Notes under the pieces: generated by a model
Database searches by the model: none
What the model was told of the DNA's origin: nothing
What the model saw: the letters and a program-made list of their open reading frames with translations, nothing else
Assembly (NCBI RefSeq): GCF_003668955.1
Contig: NZ_RAWO01000002.1
Location: 215,605 to 279,604, forward strand
Length of the DNA stretch: 64,000 nt
Direction of reading: 5' to 3'
DNA from: Corallococcus sp. AB038B
Lineage (GTDB): Bacteria; Myxococcota; Myxococcia; Myxococcales; Myxococcaceae
Program-made: the position numbers and the translations under genes
In this document: piece after piece, positions 11,201 to 20,200 of the stretch
Layout of the letters: each line of letters opens with the position of its first letter
Position numbering within the stretch: position 1 is the first letter of the stretch

Positions 11201-14200
11201 CAATTCGAACTTGGAGGTCGCGGTGTCCGCCTCCAAGGGGTGCAGCGACAGGGCCTGGCTTTGAAGAGGCTCCGTGCCGGGTACGCCTTGCAGGGAGAAG
11301 AGGACCTGGAAGAGCGGAGCGCGGCTCATGTCGCGCGTGGGGTGAAGCTCCTCCACCAGCCGCTCGAAGGGGACGTCCTGATGGGCGTAGGCTCCCAGCG
11401 CCGTCTCCTTCACCTGCGCGAGCAAGGCCCGGAAGGAGAGGTCGGGGGCAACGCGTGCACGAAGCACCAGCGTGTTGACGAAGAATCCGATGAGGTCTTC
11501 GAGCTCCCCGCGCTGACGTCCAGCGATGGGAGAGCCGACGGTGACGTCCTGCTGGCCGGAGTAGCGGGAGAGCAGCACCTGGAAGGCGCTCAGCAGCAGC
11601 ATGAAGGGCGTGACGCCCTCCTGGAGACCCAGGGCCTTGATTCGACTGGACGCCTCGGCTGGCAGGACGACGGGCACCTGCGCGCCGTTGGAGGACTGCA
11701 CGGGAGGCCGGGGCTTGTCCGTGGGCAGCTCCAGCGGAGCGGCGCCGGAGAGCTGCTGCTTCCAGTAGTCCAGTTGCGCCTGGAGGACGTCGCCCTGCAG
11801 CCACTGTCGCTGCCATACGGCGTAGTCGGCGTACTGCACGGGCAGGGGTGGCAACGGCGAAGGCCGGCCCTGGGAGAAGGCCTCGTAGAGGGCGGCCACT
11901 TCGCGCACCAGCACGCCCATGGACCAGCCGTCGGAGACGATGTGGTGCAGCGTGAGCGCGAGCACGTGCTCGGTGGAGCCCAGGCGCCAGAGCTTCGCGC
12001 GGGCCAGGGGACCTGCGTCGAGCTGGAAGGGCCGCGAGGCCTCCTCGTGCAGCTGCGGCTCCAAGGGAAGGGCACCCGGCTCCACGACGACGAGCGGCAG
12101 CTGAGCCGTGGCGGCGATGCGCTGAAGCGGTTGGCCTTCGTGCTGGACGAAGGTGGTGCGCAGGGCTTCGTGACGACGCACCAGTTCGTCGAGCGCGCGT
12201 CGCAGCGAGGCTTCATCCAAAGGGCCCACCAGCCGCACGAAGGTGGGCATGTGGTAGGCGGCGCTCAGTGGCTGCAACTGGTCGATGAACCAGAGGCGCT
12301 GCTGGGCGAAGGAGAGGGGCGGGTCGCCGTCGCGAGGAACAGGGCGCAGGGCGGGAGCTTGCGTGCGCGCGGCGGAGTCGATGCGCGCCGCGAGCGCGGC
12401 CACGGTGGGCGCTTCGAAGAGCGCTCGCACCGGCAGCTCCACCTCGAAGGTCTGCCGCACCCGCGAGACCACCTGCGTCGCCAGCAACGAGTGACCACCG
12501 AGCGCGAAGAAGTCCTCCTCCACGCTGATCCGCTCCGTGCGCAACAGCCCGGCCCACAGGGCCGCGAGCCGTTCCTCGGTGGGGGTTCGCGGGGCGATGA
12601 AGGTCGCTTCGCGGGTCGTTTCTTCAGGCCCGGGCAGGGCCTTGCGATCCAACTTGCCGTTCGAGGTGAGCGGCATCGCTTCCAGGTACACGAAGGCGGC
12701 AGGCACCATGTAGGCCGGCAGCCGCTCCTGGAGGAATGCGCGCAGTTCCCCGGCGGACACGGGCTCCGCCGCACTCACGACGTAGGCCACGAGCCGCGTG
12801 TCCCCGGGCATGTCCTCGCGCGCCACGACCCAGGCCTCACGTACGGCGGGGTGTTCGCTCAGGGCCGCGGTGACTTCTCCCGGCTCAACACGGAAGCCGC
12901 GCACCTTCACCTGGAAGTCGGCGCGACCGATGAACTCCACGCGTCCGTCCGGCAGCCAGCGCACCCGATCCCCGCTGCGGTACATGCGCGCGCCTGGGAC
13001 GGGGCTGTGCACGTCTGGCAGGTAGCGCTCCGCCGTCAGCTCCGGCCTGCCGAGATAGCCGCGCGTTACCTGCGCGCCGCCGATGAACAGCTCGCCCGGG
13101 ACGCCCACGGGCACGGGCCGCAGCCTTTCGTCCAGGACATACAACCGCGTGTACGCCAGGGCTTGGCCCAGCGGCACCGGTGCCTGGGGCCGGACCTCCA
13201 CCGGACCCGCGATCACCCCCACGGTCGTCTCCGTGGGGCCGTAGTGGTTGAACAGCTCGCAGTCTGGCGCCAGCGCGCGCAACTGCTCCAGCAGGGCCGG
13301 CGAGGAGGACTCACCTCCCAGCACCAGCTTCTTCCGGGGCAGGATGTGGCGGGGCTCGGCCGCTGTCAGCAGTGCGGCCAGGTGCGATGGAACGATCTTC
13401 ATGCAGTCCACCGCGTGGCGCTGGAAGTACGCGGCCACCTCCGCGGGACTGCTGGCCAGCTCCTGCGGCAGCACGTGAAGCAGGCCTCCCGTGCACAGCG
13501 CGGGGAAGAGCACCGTGTTGCCCAGGTCCGCGGCGAAGGTGGAGAGGAGCGCGAAGCTTGCGCACTCCTCCAGCCGCAGCCTTTCGGTGGCGGCCCGCAC
13601 GTACTGGAAGAGCTGGGCATGCTCCACGGCCACGCCCTTGGGTCGGCCCGTGCTGCCCGACGTGAAGAGGACGTAGGCCAGTGACCGCGCGGTGGCTCCG
13701 TGGACGGGAGCTTCCCGTGGCTGGGCCGCGAGCACCTGCGCGTCCGTGTCCATCCGCACCACGTGCGCCGCCAGCGAAGTGAAGGCCTCCGCGTGACGAG
13801 ACGCTGTCACGACGACGGGCGCGGCGATCTCCTCCACCAGGGCCCGCAGTCGCTGCGCGGGTTGGGACGGCTCCAGCGGGACGTACGCCCCTCCGGCCTT
13901 CCAGACCCCCAACAGAGCCACCACCATGTCCACCGAGCGCTCCAGGCACAGCCCGACGCGCGTCTCGGGCCTCACACCCAGCGAGCGCAGCCGCCACGCC
14001 AGTTGGTTGGCGCGCGTGTCCAGCGCTCCATACGTGAGCACCTCACCGGCGCAGGCCACCGCTGGTCGCTCCGGGTGGCGGGCGGCTTGCTCCTCGATGA
14101 GCGTGTGCAGGGGGCATGGTGCGACGAAGGCGTCCTCGGTCGCGTTGAAGCCTTCCATCACCTGCGCGCGTTCCCCGGCGGACAGCAGGGACAGGTCGCC

Positions 14201-17200
14201 CACGGGCGCATCCGGCGCGGCGAGCGCGGTCTCCGTCAACGTGCGCAGGTGTTCGCCCATGCGGGTGATGGTGGCCGCGTCGAACAGGTCCGTCCGGTAG
14301 AGGATCTCTCCGGCCAGGCCCTCGGGTGTCTCCGCAAGTGAGAGGTTCAGGTCGAACTTCGCCGCGACGACGTCCGACTCCACTGGACTCAGCTCCAGCG
14401 CGGATGCGCCCCCCTCCACCTGGATGGCCGCGTCCGGTGTGTTCCTCAGCGTGAACATCACCTGGAAGAGAGGGGAGTGACGAAGGGAGCGCTGTGGCTG
14501 GAGCTCCTCGACGAGCTTCTCGAAGGGGAGGTGCTGGTGCTCGAAGGCCGAGAGCGTGGTGGCCCTCACTTGGGCAAGCAGCTGACGGAACGACGAGCGC
14601 GGCTCCACGTGGGAGCGAAGGACGAGGGTGTTGACGAAGAAGCCGATGAGGCCTTCGGTTTCGGAGCGGGTGCGGCCCGCGATGGGAGCGCCGACGCTGA
14701 TGTCGAGCTGGCCGGAGTAGCGGGACAGGAGCAGCTGCCAGAGGGCGAGCAGGGCCATGAAGGGAGTGGCGCCTTGCTGCTGGCAGAAGTCGAGGAGGCT
14801 GGAGGTGAGGGGCTGGGGAAGATGGAAGGGGACCCACGCGCCGCGAGAGGACTGGACGGCGGGACGCGGCCTGTCGGTGGGTAGCTCAAGGAGCGCGGGG
14901 GCACCGGAGAGTTGCTGGCGCCAGAAGTCGAGGTGGCGCGAGAGGACGTCGCCTTGCAGCCACAGCCGCTGCCACGCGGCGAAGTCGGCGTACTGGAGGG
15001 AAAGGGGCGGCAGGGGTGAAGGCCTGCTCTGGGAGAAGGCCGCGTAGAGGGATGCGACCTCACGCACGAGCAGGGCCATGGACCAGCCGTCGGAGACGAT
15101 GTGGTGCATCGTCACCACCAGCACGTGCTCCTCCGCGCCGACTCGCAGCAGCAGGGCTCGCAGCAGCGGACCCTCCGCCAGATTGAACGGGCGTTGGGTC
15201 TCTGCTTCGGCGCATTGCCGGACGCGCTCCGAGTCCGAAGCGTCCGACAAGTCCACCTCTGGCAGAGCGAACTCCGTGGGAGGCTGGATGATCTGCACGG
15301 GCTCGCCGTCCTGCGTGGCGAAGACGGTGCGCAGGGCTTCGTGACGTTCGACGAGCCCGCTGAAGGCCCTGCCCAGCGCTCCCCGGTCCAGGCGTCCGCG
15401 GATCCGCAGCACCGTGGGGATGTTGTAGGCGGTGCCTCCGGGTTCGATTTGCTCGATGAGCCACAGGCGCTGCTGCGCGAAGGACAGCGGCAGGGCGCCC
15501 GTGCGTGGCACTGGCAGAAGGGGCGGAGCCCGCGATGCGTCCTCGGGGCGGGCCGCGTCCAGCCGGCGTGCGAGCGCCGCGAGCGTCGGGGCTTCGAAGA
15601 GGGCTTGCAGCGCCAGCTCGACGCCGAAGTCCGCGCGGATGCGGGAGACGAGCTGTGTGGCCAGCAGCGAATGGCCTCCCAACTCGAAGAAGTGATCCTC
15701 CGAGCCCACTTGCTCCACCTGGAGCAGCGGCTTCCAGAGCGCCGCGAGCCGCTCCTCCGTGGGCGTGCCCGGGGGCACGTGGCCCGGAGCGCCGCTCGCG
15801 CGGAGCTCGGGTGAAGGCAGGGCCCTTCGGTCCACCTTGCCACTAGAGGTGAGCGGCAACGCATCCAGCACGACGAGCGTCGCGGGCACCATGTACTCGG
15901 GCAGACGCTGCTGGAGGAACACGCGCAGCGCGGCCACGTCCAGAGGCCCGTCCCCGTTCGCCACCACGTACGCGACCAGCCTGGGCAGCCCCGGTGCATC
16001 CTCGCGCACCAGCGCCACGGCCTGGAGGACCGCCGCGTGCGCTTGCAGCGCGGCCTCCACCTCTCCCAGCTCGATGCGGAAGCCTCGCAGCTTCACCTGG
16101 AAGTCGGTCCGGCCCAGGTACTCGAGGTCTCCCTTCTGCCTCCAGCGCACGCGGTCGCCAGTGCGGTACATCCTCGCGCCGGGCTCGGTGCCGAAGGGAT
16201 CAGGGAGGAAGCGCCCGGCGGTGAGGTCCGGACGGCCCAGGTAGCCCCGGGCCAATCCCACGCCTCCGATGAACAACTCTCCCGGCACGCCCACGGGCAC
16301 CGGACGCAGGTGCGCATCCAGCACGTAGAGCCGAGTGTTGGGCCACGGCTTGCCGATGCCGGGCGCGTCGGCGTGGACTGGCCCTGGCGTGATGGAGGCG
16401 CAGACGGTGGCTTCGGTGGGACCGTAGGCGTTGAGCAGGGTGCGGCCCTCACTCCAGCACCGGGCAATCTCCGGCGACAGGGCCTCGCCCGCGGAGATGA
16501 CGGTGCGCAGGCTCGCGAGGTTCTCCGACGTTAGCTGCGCCAGTACCGACGGCGTCAGCGTGACCGCGGTGATCTCCTGCTCGGTCAACAGCGCGCGCAG
16601 CGGCGCGTCCGGCAGCAGCCGCTCCCGAGGGGCCAGCACCAGCGTGGCACCCGCGAGCAGTGGCGCGAAGGTCTCCAGGATGGCGGCATCGAAGGTCGGG
16701 GACGCGAACTGGAGGACGCGGCTTTCAGAGGACAGTTCATGCGCTCGGATCGCCGCGAGCACCGAATTGCACAGCCCCCGGTGCGCGAGGAGCGTGCCCT
16801 TGGGCCGTCCGGTGCTGCCCGAAGTGTAGATGACGTAGGCCAGGTTCCCGGCGTGGACCTCCACCGCCGGTGGCGTCGTGGGGCGGCGCGAGATGGCGGC
16901 CGCGTCGGCGTCGAAACAGCACGGCACGCAGGACGAGGACAGGGGCAGCACGTCCAGCAGCGCGTCCTGGGTCAGCAGCACCTGGAGCCCCGAGTCCTCC
17001 AGCATCAGCGCGAGCCGCGCGGTGGGATGGGCGGGATCCAGGCAGAGGAAGGCGCCTCCCGCCTTGAGGATGGCGAGCATTCCCACCACGCCCTCCACCG
17101 AGCGCTCCACGCACAGCCCCACGATGACCTCGGGGCCCACCCCCAGCGCGCGCAGGTGGTGCGCGAGTTGATTGGCGCGCGCGTCCAGCTGGCGGTACGT

Positions 17201-20200
17201 GAGGTGTTGCGTCTCGAAGACGACCGCCCGCGCGTCTGGCGTGCTGCGGACCTGCGCCTCGAACAGCGTGTGCAGGCTCGCGTCGCGCGGGAAGTCCGCG
17301 TCGCTGGTGTTCCACTGCACCAGCAACTCGTGGCGCTCGGCGTCCGTGAGCAGGGGCAGCTCGGACAGCCGCAGATGGGGGCTTCGCAGCGCCCCCTCCA
17401 TCAGCACGTGCAGATGGGTGACCAGGCGCCGTGCCGTCTCCGGGCGGAACAGGTCGCTGGCGTACTCCAGCGTGCCCGTCAGGCCTCGCGGCGTGTCGGT
17501 GAGCACCAGCGTCAAGTCGAAGCGGCCCGTGCCGCCCTCGATGGGAATGGGCTCGAAGCGCAGCCCCGGCGCCTCCAGCGTGCCCATGGGCATGTTCTGG
17601 AACGTGAAGTTCACCTGGAAGAGCGGCGAGCGCGAGGGATCCCGCTCCGGCCGCAACGCCTCGACGAGCTTCTCGAAGGGCAGGTCCTGGTGGGCGTGCG
17701 CCTCCAGGGTCGTGTCGCGCACGCGGGCAAGCAGCTCGCGGAACGTGGGGTCCGCGTGCAGGCGAGTGCGGTACACCAGCGTGTTCACGAAGAAGCCGAT
17801 GAGCGCTTCCTGCTCCGCGAAGCGGCGGCCGGCCATCGCGCTGCCGACGCTCACGTCGTCCTGTCCTGCGTAGCGGCTGAGCAGGGCCTGGAATCCGGCC
17901 AGCAGGGCCATGAACGGGGTCACGCCTTCGGCCTGGCACAACGCCGCCAGGGACTCGGAGAGCGCGCGCGGCAGGGCGACGGGCACTGCGTCGCCACGGA
18001 AGGACGCCACCGGCGGACGCGGGAAGTCGGTGGGCAGCGTCAGGAACGCGGGGGTGCCTTCCAACTGCTGACGCCACCAGCGGATCCGCGACTCCAGGGC
18101 CTCCCCCCGAAGCCACGCGCGCTGCCACGCGGCGTGGTCGGCGTACTGCACCGGCAGCGGGGCCAGCAGGGAGGGCTGCCCGGACGCGAAGGCCTGGTAG
18201 AGGGCCACCATCTCCCGGACCAGCACGCCCAGCGACCAGCCGTCGGAGACGATGTGGTGCATCGTCACCACCAGCACGTGCCGCGCCTCCGCGAGCCGGA
18301 TCCGCACCGCGCGCAGCAGCGGCCCCGCGGCGAGGTCGAACGGACGCAGTTGCTCTTCCGCCGCGAGCCGGTGTGCCTCCGCTTCGGGCGCGTCGTGGGA
18401 CGACACGTCCATCACCGCCAGCCGGAAGTCCGCCGGCGGGTGGATGCGCTGCAGGGGCGCTCCGCCGTCCGCGTGGAAGGTGGTGCGCAGTGCTTCGTGC
18501 CGGCGGACGAGCTCCGTGAAGGCCTGCTCTAGAGCCGCCGTGTCGACGCGGCCCTCCATCCGGAGGGCGGACGGCATGTTGTAGGCGCTGCCTCCCGGGT
18601 GGAGCTGATCGAGGAACCAGAGGCTCTGCTGGGAGAAGGACAGCGGCAGGGGCTGTCCATCGCGAGGCACCGGCGTCAGCGGCGGGAGGATGTTCGCGGG
18701 AGCGCCAGCAGCGGTCGCGGCGTCCACGCGCTCCGCGAGCTTCGCGGGCGTGGGCGCTTCGAAGAAGGCGCGCAGGGGCAGCTCCACGGCGAAGGCGGAC
18801 CTCACGCGCGCGAGCACCTGGGTGGCCAGCAGCGAATGTCCGCCCAGCTCGAAGAAGTCATCGTCCACGCCGAGCGCGTCGATGCCCAGCATCTCCTGCC
18901 ACAGCTCCACCACGCGGCGCTCGCTGTCGCCACGGGGCGCCACGTACGGAGTCGCCAGGGGAGGGCGGGGATGCCGTCCTGTGTCCTGGGAACCGCTAGC
19001 CGGATCCGGCGCCGTCCCGGAGTTCCCACCGGCATCCGGCTCCTCCGCGCGCGGCGGGCCCTGGGAGATCCACCAGCGTCCTCCTTGCCCCGAGGCGGCG
19101 AGCAGACCCAGCCACACCGGGATGACCTCCTCCCGCCACGCATCCAGGTCGACCACGTACCAGCGTGGGCCCGGGCCCCGGTTCTGTTGCGCCGCGAAGG
19201 TGTCCATCGAGGCATGCGCGGCGGCCAGCACGCCACGGCCCACGCCGCCCACCACGGCCGTCAGCGAAGAACACACCGTTACGAAGTCCGGAGCACGCCC
19301 CTGGAGCGCTCCGGCCAGCGCGCCCAGCACGCCCACTCGGGAGCGGAAGACAGGCGCCCACGCCTCATCCGTGGCGTCCGCCAGGGATTGCCTGACCGCG
19401 CCCGCCGTGCCCTGCGGCAAGAAGAAGACGCCGTGGATCGCGCCGAAGCGGGCCTCGGCTGCGAGCAGCCCTTGGAGGAGCGGTTCGGGATCACCCGCGC
19501 CCATCGGAGCGAGGAGCACGCCCTGGGCCCCCATGCGCTCGAGATCCCCGAGGCGCTCCAGGTGGGACGCCTGAGGCACGGTGTCGGTCAACAGCACCAG
19601 CCTCGCCCGCGCGGTGGTGGAGAGCGCTTCGGCCAGAGCGAGGCCTCCGGCCTCCAGGTCTCCCATGATCAGGTACACGCCGCTCTGGCGCAGGGGGGAG
19701 GCCGCCGTGCGCGACGCGACGACCGGCTCGAAAGACTCCGTGAAGCGGTGCGGTCCGCGCAGCGCGACCACGGCTGGTGCGCCCGCGCCCAACTCCGCTA
19801 CCAGCTGCTCCGCCCAGCGTGGACCTTCCTCCGGCCGTGGCGGGCTCACGTCGATGGCGCGGCAGCGCAGCCCCGGGTACTCCTGGGACAGCACCCGGCA
19901 CACGCCGGACGCGGTGGCCTGCCAGGCGCGCAGGGGCTCCTCGCCCGTCACATCCTGGGCGCCACACGTGATCACGGCCAGCGTCACGGGCCGCGCGGCT
20001 GCGGCCGGCCCCAACCGCCGCGCGAGCTCCAGCAGTCCGTGAAGCACGCGGTCCACCGCGCCCGAGCCCTCCTCCGGGGACAGAGGCCACAGGAACGCGA
20101 CGTGGTCCGGTCCTCCACCGGCAGCCAGCCGTTCCTCGAGCGGCGCCCATGTCGCGTCCAATCCCAGCGCGAGGACGTCCGCGCCCCGCGCCTCCATCAG

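Noticed and set aside
8497-12216. Minus-strand ORFs 8497-9084 and 11590-12216 with near-identical translations as candidate duplicated small genes
   Set aside because: They are out-of-frame readings of the duplicated C-domain DNA inside the megasynthetase. They are reported instead as an intragenic repeat.
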